Assembly (NCBI GenBank): GCA_040235515.1
Contig: JBECKX010000218.1
Location: forward strand, 1 to 13,509
Length of the DNA: 13,509 nucleotides
Reading direction: 5' to 3'
Origin: Candidatus Zixiibacteriota bacterium
GTDB lineage: Bacteria; Zixibacteria; MSB-5A5; CAIYYT01
The translations under genes and the position numbers were made by a program. The notes under the pieces are model-generated. The model was given only the letters and a program-made list of their open reading frames with translations, was not told where the DNA came from and did not search any database. This document shows positions 1 through 9,405 of this stretch, one piece after another (position 1 is the first letter of the stretch; every line of letters begins with the position of its first letter).

Positions 1-303
1 AAAGTACACGACAGTGAGTTGGAAGTCGTGGGTCAAGACGCTCGTGCGGTGATACGCAAGGCAAAGGAAGCGGGCGTCTACGTTTTCGCCGGTGGTATCG
101 ATGAAGCAGTACCGCCTGTGCTGGTTGCACCCGATGGCTCAGTCGCTGAGGGAGGCTTTCCCTGGGCGCCTCCACTCAATGGTGGATTCACTGTACTTGA
201 GCTGCTTTCCAGGGAGGAGGCCGTCGCCTGGGCTGTGCGTATCGCGAAGGCGTGTCGCTGTGATCAGGAGCTTCGAGTGTTCGCGTTTGATCCGGAGTCA
301 TGA
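1..303 (+). CDS. YciI/DGPF-family protein, 5'-truncated by the window edge
   Basis: Frame is open from position 1 (KVHDSELEVVGQDARAVIRKAKEAGVYVFAGGID...). The motifs GGFTVLELxSREEAVAWA and ACRCDQELRVF match the YciI-like subfamily as I recall it. Confidence 0.8.
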   Translation, partial: KVHDSELEVVGQDARAVIRKAKEAGVYVFAGGIDEAVPPVLVAPDGSVAEGGFPWAPPLNGGFTVLELLSREEAVAWAVRIAKACRCDQELRVFAFDPES

Positions 304-385
304 GGTGTGGTAGGTGTGGACTCTGCATGAGAAGTCACACAGGAAGTAGGACACGCGGCTTACTCCCACAAACTTGTGGTTCAGA

Positions 386-414
386 TTGACATTCTTGTCG
401 ACCAAGGCTATCAT
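386..414 (+). promoter_or_regulatory. sigma70-type promoter of the GIY-YIG gene
   Basis: TTGACA (386-391), 17-nt spacer, TATCAT (409-414); SD AGGAG at 447-451 and ATG at 458. Confidence 0.65.
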
Positions 415-457
415 TCTTCAAAGTCGGACCCTAAATCAGCTACAAAAGGAGAATCCT

Positions 458-859
458 ATGATGACATCTTTGTCCAGGGCATTTACCCTCATTGTCGAGT
501 TCGTGAATAGTAACAGGATTCAGCCCGAGTTTCACATTCATAGCGTCGCAGAGTTGACGAACGAAGAATACGATGTGCCAAAGAATTGGGAGACTTTCGA
601 GAAGTTCGCGGGTGTCTATTGTTTTTTTGATCAGGCCGCGGAGAGGACAAAGTATATTGGTATGTCGCAAAAGGACACTGGCGATAGGCTATTCCATTGG
701 TTGTTTCCCAAGGGAGAATCCAAGTCCAAAGTCCAAGAGGCTGTCGAAGACTCAGATCTGGTAGTATCGATAGTTCTGAAGACGGATAACCATATGGCAC
801 CTGCACTTGAGTCGTTCCTGATTGGAAAGCTAAAACCGGAACTTAACTCTAAGCGTTAG
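458..859 (+). CDS. stand-alone GIY-YIG nuclease family protein (133 aa)
   Basis: GVY-x11-YIG, a downstream Arg (GDRL), Glu (ALESFLI) and terminal PELN are the canonical GIY-YIG catalytic signature. Start moved from TTG 374 to ATG 458 because of the SD and promoter. Confidence 0.8.
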   Translation: MMTSLSRAFTLIVEFVNSNRIQPEFHIHSVAELTNEEYDVPKNWETFEKFAGVYCFFDQAAERTKYIGMSQKDTGDRLFHWLFPKGESKSKVQEAVEDSDLVVSIVLKTDNHMAPALESFLIGKLKPELNSKR

Positions 860-906
860 GTATTGTCAGAACCAAATGCAGTCGAGGACTTTGGATTCGT
901 CAATGC

Positions 907-1137
907 TCACAGTCGGTCGATAAACCAACGCCTTTTCGCTTCTTGACGCTGACCATCGATAAGATTCTTGCGCAGGAGATTTCGTAGTGGCAAGCCAGGA
1001 CGATATTTGGAGTCCTTGAGCAATCCAGCTCGATCTAACCACGTAGCTGCCTCGACAGCAGGCACCTCACTTCTGTTCTGCTGTCGCAGCTGCTGCTGCA
1101 GGTGGCAATTTACTTGGTGAAGAGTTCCTCTGTCCAT
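907..1137 (-). CDS. small hypothetical protein, possibly excisionase/MerR-like winged helix (76 aa)
   Basis: AAAGGA SD 7 nt before the ATG. Pattern 'AVEAATWL...LRNLLRKNLIDG...RRWFI' resembles HTH_17-type helix-helix-wing spacing with an insertion; the fold is an inference. Confidence 0.6.
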   Translation of the reverse strand: MDRGTLHQVNCHLQQQLRQQNRSEVPAVEAATWLDRAGLLKDSKYRPGLPLRNLLRKNLIDGQRQEAKRRWFIDRL

Positions 1138-1192
1138 ACAGATTTCCTTTGTTCTGTTGTTGGTTCATGTAGGCACAGCCTGTACTTGAAGG

Positions 1193-1217
1193 ACCAACCT
1201 GAAAGGTGGGTGACCCG
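1193..1217. repeat. degenerate REP-like palindrome
   Basis: ACCAACCT-GAA-AGGTGGGT followed by GACCCG; shares the GGTGGG-NN-ACCCG end with the palindrome at 13387-13412. Confidence 0.3.
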
Positions 1218-1239
1218 GCCGAGATGTATGGCGCGACAA

Positions 1240-1998
1240 CTACGCGTTGAACATCGTCGCAGCGGAACTAATACTCTTGTGCATTTGGCGCAACTCATTT
1301 GCACGATTTGATGCGTCGCACATAGTCCCTTCAACAATCCTGCCCTGTCCATCCACTGTGTACTCAATATAGACATCGCTGTCGGTAACCAAGAAATCTG
1401 TGGCGAGGCCCCGATCAAGCGAAAGAGCAGTGACATAGTGCACCTTCACGCCGGCATCTGAGTGCCGGCGCATCTCGGCCTGCGACTCGTCTGCCAGCAC
1501 CGCATCTTCATTCTGAAAGATAAAAACTCTGTGAATTTCGATGCCTCGATCGATGGCCTGCTTATTTACTTCGAGCGCCCTGCGTCCCCGAGCGGGAGTC
1601 CACACCTCCCTAATGCTTACAACGCTCGTAGCGAGGATGCGCTTAGATTTTTCGAGTTCAAAAACGTCATAGTAAGCGTCGAGCATCTCCTCAATCGAAG
1701 TCAGCTTAAGGCGCCCTTGCGAGAGCCCGCTAAGCATTTCAGTTCGTTTCTGAAGTGCTCTGGTCGCAGCCCGAGACACTGCAGCGTTTTTTACGGTGGT
1801 GGCTGCCTTCGCAAGGTAAAGGGCATTACTTATCTGTTTACTCTCAAGCAGATTACTAATCTGAATTGGCGATAGAAACCCGAAGAGTGTAGAGGCTACT
1901 CCCCACCCCGTGATTTGCCCCTCAAGCAAATATGCCAGGATTAGCACGATCAGTCCTATCCCACCGGCAAGGTACAATTCAACCCGAATTGCTCTCAT
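1240..1998 (-). CDS. membrane protein: 2 N-terminal TM helices plus probable inactive PLD-like (DUF6879/TrmB-effector-like) domain (252 aa)
   Basis: ATG at 1998 overlaps the upstream stop (ATGA). Hydrophobic segments LYLAGGIGLIVLILAYLL and ITGWGVASTLFGFL. C-terminal RILATS...AIDRGIEIHRVFIF...AGVKVHYV...DFLVTD pattern fits PLD-like alpha/beta domains, with no HxKxxxxD motif. The domain name is from recall, not a search. Confidence 0.75.
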   Translation of the reverse strand: MRAIRVELYLAGGIGLIVLILAYLLEGQITGWGVASTLFGFLSPIQISNLLESKQISNALYLAKAATTVKNAAVSRAATRALQKRTEMLSGLSQGRLKLTSIEEMLDAYYDVFELEKSKRILATSVVSIREVWTPARGRRALEVNKQAIDRGIEIHRVFIFQNEDAVLADESQAEMRRHSDAGVKVHYVTALSLDRGLATDFLVTDSDVYIEYTVDGQGRIVEGTMCDASNRANELRQMHKSISSAATMFNA

Positions 1999-3017
1999 TT
2001 GTAGTCCTTTATCCCACTTGGTATATCCTCGACTAGCTCGCACAATAGTCTGGCGGGAGAATAATCGATGAACTGCTCCAACGATTTGATAGCTGCGCGC
2101 GCGTGATCCTCAGTCATCTTGAGAACTATACCCAAGGCACCGCTCAAGCAGATTAACTTCGCGATCGTCTTCGCTTCGCGATCGGACAATTCTCTCCGGC
2201 TGCTAATGTATCTCTTAAGCGTTCTTACTTTGTCGGGGGGGGAAAGTTGCAAAGCTGTAATGAGAGGAAGCCTTGATCTCCTGCACTTCAAGTCACATGC
2301 AAAGCTCTTAAGTGTTTGGTCGCTTGTTTCACAAACGTCTATCAGATCATCTGCAAGCTGCAGTGCCATCCCATAGTGGAAACCGTACCTGCTCAAACCG
2401 TCTACGAGCGCAGGTGATGCGCCGGAAGCCAGTGCACCAAGTGATGATACTCTACTGACGAATCTTCCCGTAGTTAGGGCAATCATTGACAAATACTCCT
2501 TCTTACTAGCTATACGATTTCCGGAGTTGCGAAGGTCCAGCCATTGACCCGTGTAAACATCTTTAACTAGATCAGATAGAACCTCTTCCGCCCTATGTAG
2601 TATCCTGTTTGGCAATCCTCTTATAGTCCCAGAGATTACGCGCCGAGCAATAGACTGCATAACTTCAGCGACGATTATGGCGTTCTTGACCCCCCACTCC
2701 CTGACAACGGTAGGACGATTGTTTCGCATATCAGATTCATCAAAAACATCGTCCAGCACGAAAGTTGACGCCTGCAAAAGGTGCACTCCGCATGCGAGAT
2801 TCAATGCTCGACTGTTGAATCTCTTTGAGAGCTTAAACGCGTTGAGAGCAATGAAGGGATACTCGGACGGATACGCGTACTTCACCGCATAAAGTACCAT
2901 CCGTCGAAGTGAGGAGTACTTGTCAAGCTCAATTCTCAGCAGTGATCTGATTTGAGCACTCACTTGCCTGTTCATGATTTCCATCTGTTTCTCAAGCGGC
3001 AGATTTCTGCTCGACAT
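1995..3017 (-). CDS. polyprenyl synthetase (trans-IPPS) family protein, atypical active site (340 aa)
   Basis: FARM DDVFD followed by RNNRPT, GQWLD, and SARM QLADDLID. GGGAGG SD 8 nt upstream of ATG 3017. The longer ORF start at 3125 lies inside the terminator. Confidence 0.9.
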   Translation of the reverse strand: MSSRNLPLEKQMEIMNRQVSAQIRSLLRIELDKYSSLRRMVLYAVKYAYPSEYPFIALNAFKLSKRFNSRALNLACGVHLLQASTFVLDDVFDESDMRNNRPTVVREWGVKNAIIVAEVMQSIARRVISGTIRGLPNRILHRAEEVLSDLVKDVYTGQWLDLRNSGNRIASKKEYLSMIALTTGRFVSRVSSLGALASGASPALVDGLSRYGFHYGMALQLADDLIDVCETSDQTLKSFACDLKCRRSRLPLITALQLSPPDKVRTLKRYISSRRELSDREAKTIAKLICLSGALGIVLKMTEDHARAAIKSLEQFIDYSPARLLCELVEDIPSGIKDYK

Positions 3018-3093
3018 GCGCAGGACCTCCCTTATGATTTCCTCTTTGGAAACAGATATAGTTATGCACGATGAAAAATGATCGTCCAAATAC

Positions 3094-3133
3094 AAAAAAC
3101 CCCACCTGGTCATTCCCATGTCCAAGGTGGGGT
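3094..3133 (-). terminator. intrinsic terminator of the 16S transcript
   Basis: Minus strand ACCCCACCT...AGGTGGGGT GC-rich stem followed by TTTTTT, about 200 nt past the 16S 3' end. Confidence 0.8.
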
Positions 3134-3143
3134 CTTAATCTAT

Positions 3144-3170
3144 AAGAAAATAGTGTGACGAGTAACTTGT
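3144..3170 (-). other. 3' arm of the pre-16S processing stem
   Basis: AAGAAAATAGTGTGAC-G-AGTAACTTGT (plus strand) is a near-perfect inverted complement of 5166-5195 (ACAAGTTTACT...GTCACACTATTCTCTT). Confidence 0.75.
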
Positions 3171-3243
3171 TTGTCCCCCTGGCGCGAGGCCAGAGGTAAG
3201 ATACGTCGACTTAGGTGTACAGGGACGCTATTACTGAACTGGA

Positions 3244-3268
3244 GGATTCCCGCCTGCGCGGGAATGAC
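3244..3268. repeat. dRS3/REP-like palindrome GGATTCCCGCCTGCGCGGGAATGAC
   Basis: ATTCCC-N8-GGGAAT at 3246-3265, the consensus layout of Neisseria dRS3 and related repeats. Confidence 0.6.
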
Positions 3269-3339
3269 AGCCTTGAGTGAACTCAAGACTTCACCAGAAG
3301 CCGTGATTCGCGTTTGCTCCCTGCCACCCTACTCCTTAG

Positions 3340-4888
<1,549 letters not shown>

Positions 4889-5165
4889 AATATTTTCAGA
4901 AATGCCGCCCGAAGGCAGCTTCCAATCAATTTCATTCAATCAAGTTGAACCCAAGCGAAAACGAAGCTGATAAAGGAAGTCCGTTAGTTCTTTAAATTAA
5001 GACCTTACGGATCCAAATTCGTTCAGTTTTCACTGTTTATTGGGATTCGCTTAATACGATTTGAATATTAAGCATTCATGATTGACAGGGTACCACTCGA
5101 TCAAGGCACCGGGATATCCAAAAAGGAAACCTGACGACTTGAATCAAATAATACCTGCCCGTATC

Positions 5166-5206
5166 ACAAGTTTACTGTTGTCACACTATTCTCTTGTCAA
5201 AGATCA
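5166..5206 (-). promoter_or_regulatory. rrn leader: boxA antiterminator (5195-5206) and 5' arm of the processing stem (5166-5195)
   Basis: Minus strand TGATCTTTGACA resembles boxA (TGCTCTTTAACA) and is immediately followed by the arm complementary to 3144-3170. Confidence 0.7.
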
Positions 5207-5303
5207 TTTTAGCTCCGAAAAAGCCTCAGAGCGTAAAAAAACCGATCGTGGTCAGTAGAGATTTTCGGTCTATAAAGAACTACTGCCCGATCAGCGGACA
5301 AGC

Positions 5304-5331
5304 AATATACGGATGAAAGTCGGCTTGTCAA
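5304..5331 (-). promoter_or_regulatory. rRNA promoter
   Basis: TTGACA (5331-5326), 16-nt spacer, TATATT (5309-5304), GC-containing discriminator, and A/T-rich UP-like tract at about 5340-5368. Confidence 0.8.
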
Positions 5332-5477
5332 GAGCTTCGAATAGAAATTTTCCTCTTTTTTTCATAATTCTCCAATCGCGCGCGATCGCCTTGAAAACAG
5401 GGGGCAGAGACAAAATCTGACCGCAATGGTCGTGCATCGGTAAGCCGGGGTTCAGGGGCGGTCAGTCGGTTTTCGGG

Positions 5478-5506
5478 TTGACTGCTGCCCGCCGATTGGC
5501 TACCGT
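5478..5506 (+). promoter_or_regulatory. possible sigma70 promoter of the PEP-CTERM gene
   Basis: TTGACT, 17-nt spacer, TACCGT, upstream of the AAAGGAGG SD (5541-5548). Confidence 0.35.
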
Positions 5507-5553
5507 GCGAGCAGATTCAACACAGGTTTGAGTGAAATCAAAGGAGGATACTG

Positions 5554-6141
5554 ATGTTGAAGTCTGCAGTGGCGGTTCTGGCACTGACCTGCGGGTTGCT
5601 GGTTGGTTCGAGTCGGGCGTTGATCGACTCAGTCGCGGCGGAGCAGCGAGCGGCGGAGGTTAGACCAGCCCTGGCAACGCTGTACCGGGAGTACGCTGCG
5701 CTCCAGCTGACCTCCCCCCTGCTTTCCCACGACCCGACCCGCGGTTGCAGAGGGTCGATGACCTCGTGCCGGTTCTCGTGGATCGCGAATACAGTGGTGA
5801 TCAGGCCCGGCGGAAATCGCTGGGGCGGCAGTGAGTCTCACCTGCCGCTTGACCGGGCGATCTTGTGGAGTGGCGAACCAGACTCCGCACCCCGGAGGTG
5901 GGCCGAGTCTGGTGTGTCAGTGATCGAGGTCGATGAGATGCGTCAACCAATCCCGGAGCCGGCGATATTGCTGCTGCTGGCATTGGGGCTTGCAGTCGTG
6001 ACCGGACTATGCTTGAGGGATCGGTGGTTGCAGGGCAGAGGAGAGAGGGCGACCGATGGGGCAATCAATGGGGAGACCATTGGAGCATGCCTGCCCGATG
6101 AAACGAACCCCGGCCTGATGAGCGACCGGGGCTCGAGATAA
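5554..6141 (+). CDS. PEP-CTERM sorting-domain protein (195 aa)
   Basis: Strong SD; N-terminal signal peptide (MLKSAVAVLALTCGLLVGSSRA); IPEPAILLLLALGLAVVTGLCL followed by basic RDR. Confidence 0.7.
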   Translation: MLKSAVAVLALTCGLLVGSSRALIDSVAAEQRAAEVRPALATLYREYAALQLTSPLLSHDPTRGCRGSMTSCRFSWIANTVVIRPGGNRWGGSESHLPLDRAILWSGEPDSAPRRWAESGVSVIEVDEMRQPIPEPAILLLLALGLAVVTGLCLRDRWLQGRGERATDGAINGETIGACLPDETNPGLMSDRGSR

Positions 6142-6202
6142 CGCAATGGAGAGGTCATGCACGGTGATAGCGCGCATGACCGAGAGACCAGCTTCCTGCG
6201 AA

Positions 6203-9055
6203 TTACTTCAACAGGATCATCTTTTTAACGGCGGAGTAGTCGGCCGCATCGAGGCGATAGAAATAGAGCCCCGAAGCTACGGCTTCACCGGCGTCGTTCT
6301 GGCCGTTCCAGATTGCCTGATGCACACCAGCGTTCAGTGGCTCGGCAACCAGCGTCCGCACTTTCTGGCCGAGCAGGTTCCTGACCTCAAGTGTCACAAA
6401 GGACGCCTCGGCAAGCTCAAACTCGATGCGGGTGGTCGGGTTAAAGGGATTCGGGTAGTTCTGTGCAAGCCGGAACTGGTGCGGCAGCACGACATCCTCT
6501 TCGTCGTCCACTGCGGTAGCGACATCCGTTACCCAGAAGACACCGATCTTGCCGGAGATCTCACCCAAGCCGGTCTCCCCGACCGGGGTCGTGCGCCAGT
6601 AGTAGGCGGTCGTATCCTGACCAGCGGCCACCAGCGCGGCGAAAGAGTAAGAACCGCCCTCAACTTCGACATCAGCCACAAGATCAAGGAAAGCGGGATC
6701 ACGGGCGATCTCCAGGTTGACCTGTCCGGCATCCGGCCAGGTGAGCGTGACGTTGCCGGAGATTTTCACCTCACCCGGATAGGGAGAGATTGCAGCCACG
6801 CCGGCGGGATAAACGATGAATTGATAACCGGCTCCGGAGATGAAGCCATCGCTGACCAGGGAGCGTTCCGTGCCATTGACGGAGTAGCGGAGATTGAAGT
6901 TGTTGCCTCCGGCGGCGATGGTGCGGGGCTGAACCGAGATTGTGTATGCGCCCTGCTCCATGACATCGATTTGTGCGAACTCATCGATGACGGCATCATC
7001 GTCGAGTGTGCGGCTATAAAGGGCCGCTGACGGAAATGTATTCTTGATGGAGTTGAGGATCATTCCGGAGGGTGACTCGACAGCCATCGTGGCTTCGCCC
7101 TCAAGCTCGATCTGGAAGTCACCGGCGATCAGGCCTTCGGGGTTGAGCTGATTTTCGAAAATGATGAGAGAGCTTGGCTCAACGAATTCGAAGCCGCTGG
7201 CTGCGACAACGATGTCGAGATCGCCATCGAGGTCCCTGTCGAGAAGCGCTACATGCGCCGGAACACCTGCATCGACAACATACCTGGCTTCATTGTCGAA
7301 TCCGCCCTGCCCGTCACCATACAAGACACCGACATAGCGGTTGGCGCCATTGAGGTAGCAGATGTCGAGGTTGCCATCGAGGTTAAGGTCCCCCACTGCA
7401 TTGCCCAGTACGGTACCCATAATGGTGCGCACTGTCTCGGCCTGGAATGTACCATCCCCATTGCCAAAATAGACGACAAGTTCGCTGTATTCCCCGCCGA
7501 TCGATGGGGTGGAGATACAGAGATCATAGATGTTGTCGCCGTCAAAGTCCGAGCCATTGTTGGTTACTTCGATATCAATTGCGCCATAGGTTTGCGGATA
7601 CTCCGTCAGGTAGGAGAATTGTCCGGCTCCGTTGCCGAGGTGGATTTCGACGGCATCGGGTGTACCGATAGCGAGGTCAACTTTGCCGTCGTTGTTGAAG
7701 TCCGCAGCGGTCGCAGCCCGCGAGTCGGCGGAGATTCCCGGCAACTGGGTGAAAGTGCCGTCACCATCACCGGCAAGCAGAGCTATTCCGCTGTGAGTTA
7801 CGACAATGAAGTCGATGTACTGGTCCCCGTTGATTTCGGCGGTGGTGCCGCCGCGCGCGTAACCAAGATCCTGCACCCCCAAGACTTCGGTAAAGCCGTT
7901 GTTACCATCACCAAGCTGACCACAGACGAAGTGATCTCCATTGTTATTCAGGACAGTCACCAGATCGAGGTGATTGTCGGAATCGAGGAATGCCACGGCA
8001 CCCGCGCTGAAGATGCGGGAATCGTACTTGCTGAAGTCATGGGAGAGGGAGGCGGCATCGTAAAGATCGAAGGAGTTCTGGTTCGTGTTGCCTTCCCCAA
8101 CGACGGCAACCTCAAGGGACGGATCGCTGTCGAACTGACCTTTCTGGAGTGACGAGGGCTTGGAGATTCCGGAGGCAACATCCTCGTTGAAGCTCAGCAT
8201 ATAGTCGGCTGATTCCACGACTTGAACGGAGATGACCCTGGTATCGCAGAGCCCGCTTTCGGTGCAGGCCTCGATCGACAACTCCCACACCCCCAGGTCG
8301 GCGGCGGTTGGAGACCAGCCGATCGTGAGATTCGTTTCACCGGAGAGAGAGGGTTGGTTGACAGGAGTTGTGTTGTGATCGTCCGCCAACGACATCTCGA
8401 CCGATGCGGTCAGTTCCTCCGAGCCGGGATAGGAAATCGCGGCCGTGAGATCGAGCGAATCCCCCAGGGCGAGCAGATGTGTGGCAGAGATACTCTCGAG
8501 TTGCGGGAAGTCATCGGCGCCGAGCACCTCGAACGCGTTCGGCAACCAGACAAAAGGCTCGTAGATGGTTTCTCCGGGATTTCCCGACATATACGGATGC
8601 AATTCGGTTGTGCCACCATGGTCAGTCCAACCGAGGATGAAGTCGAGATCGCCGGTGGTGGTACCAGTGTACCAGGCCTCAATGATCGCACCGTCTCCCG
8701 CAGGGATTGGGTTACCGGCGGCGCGATAGAACACAACTGCCAGCAGCGAAGTTGTCGTTGGGGGAAATACCAGTCTGATCGGCATTACAGTAGGATCAGC
8801 CAGGCGCCCCACGAATCTCAGGGAGTCAAATTGTGCATTGCCACCACTGAGACTTCGCAGTGTAGGTGTGAAGGCGGCCATGTCGATCGTTTCATCATTG
8901 AAAAGTTCGATCTTAATGGGATGCGACTGCCCTACCACCAGCGGACCGCCGGTGACTCTGATGGTGTCGAGATCCCCCACAACAGCCTCAGCTGATTGGA
9001 AACCAAACGCCAGGCAAAATAGAATGGCCAGTGCCACAATGTACGTGGATTTCAT
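6203..9055 (-). CDS. secreted FG-GAP/VCBS repeat protein with C-terminal FlgD-Ig/Por (T9SS type A-like) sorting tail (950 aa)
   Basis: AAAGGAGG SD before ATG 9055; signal peptide ending AEA. Repeats such as ADFNNDGKVDLA, DFDGDNIYDL and GDLNLDGNLDI. Tail LAQNYPNPFNPTTRIEF...ASGLYFYRL...KKMILLK. Confidence 0.92.
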   Translation of the reverse strand: MKSTYIVALAILFCLAFGFQSAEAVVGDLDTIRVTGGPLVVGQSHPIKIELFNDETIDMAAFTPTLRSLSGGNAQFDSLRFVGRLADPTVMPIRLVFPPTTTSLLAVVFYRAAGNPIPAGDGAIIEAWYTGTTTGDLDFILGWTDHGGTTELHPYMSGNPGETIYEPFVWLPNAFEVLGADDFPQLESISATHLLALGDSLDLTAAISYPGSEELTASVEMSLADDHNTTPVNQPSLSGETNLTIGWSPTAADLGVWELSIEACTESGLCDTRVISVQVVESADYMLSFNEDVASGISKPSSLQKGQFDSDPSLEVAVVGEGNTNQNSFDLYDAASLSHDFSKYDSRIFSAGAVAFLDSDNHLDLVTVLNNNGDHFVCGQLGDGNNGFTEVLGVQDLGYARGGTTAEINGDQYIDFIVVTHSGIALLAGDGDGTFTQLPGISADSRAATAADFNNDGKVDLAIGTPDAVEIHLGNGAGQFSYLTEYPQTYGAIDIEVTNNGSDFDGDNIYDLCISTPSIGGEYSELVVYFGNGDGTFQAETVRTIMGTVLGNAVGDLNLDGNLDICYLNGANRYVGVLYGDGQGGFDNEARYVVDAGVPAHVALLDRDLDGDLDIVVAASGFEFVEPSSLIIFENQLNPEGLIAGDFQIELEGEATMAVESPSGMILNSIKNTFPSAALYSRTLDDDAVIDEFAQIDVMEQGAYTISVQPRTIAAGGNNFNLRYSVNGTERSLVSDGFISGAGYQFIVYPAGVAAISPYPGEVKISGNVTLTWPDAGQVNLEIARDPAFLDLVADVEVEGGSYSFAALVAAGQDTTAYYWRTTPVGETGLGEISGKIGVFWVTDVATAVDDEEDVVLPHQFRLAQNYPNPFNPTTRIEFELAEASFVTLEVRNLLGQKVRTLVAEPLNAGVHQAIWNGQNDAGEAVASGLYFYRLDAADYSAVKKMILLK

Positions 9056-9405
9056 GGTACCTCCTTTGTAGTACCCCGGTTTTGTTCGAGATATCTGACC
9101 ATAACCGGCAGTCATCTCGCGATCTCCCCAATTTAAATGTCCACAAAAGTAGAACGCAGGACCTATGAAAATCGTCTAGTATATGATCCAGGATTAACCG
9201 ATTTTTAGCAATAGCGAAATTGCTGTGCCGCTGCCGGGGCCGTTGGGCACCGGGGAGCGAGGGCAATGCTGAGGAGTTTGGGGATCAGGTTTTGCCGGAT
9301 GCGAGCAGCGGGATTTTGAGTGCCCCGTCCGGTTTTGTAACTCGTTCGAGGTTGGGATGTTATGCGGCGAACTGTCGTGCCGGGAAAAGCTGCGGCGATA
9401 AAAAA

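Noticed and set aside
842..861. CTTAACTCTAAGCGTTAGGT resembles the 3' half of an integron attC site
   Set aside because: It encodes the conserved PELN end of the GIY-YIG protein; there is no matching RYYYAAC left half, no other attC and no integrase.
1110..1436. Alternative-frame ORF containing WMDRAGLLK, echoing WLDRAGLLK of the 76-aa protein
   Set aside because: It overlaps the 2TM gene out of frame, has no SD, and the similarity does not extend; probably coincidence.
6146..8995. Long plus-strand ORFs (294, 299 and 257 aa)
   Set aside because: Antisense shadows of the GC3-rich FG-GAP gene, with no motifs.
9338..9362. TAAC-N17-GTTA dyad downstream of tRNA-Thr, possible recombinase site
   Set aside because: Only 4-bp arms; no integrase and no duplicated tRNA 3' end seen in the window.
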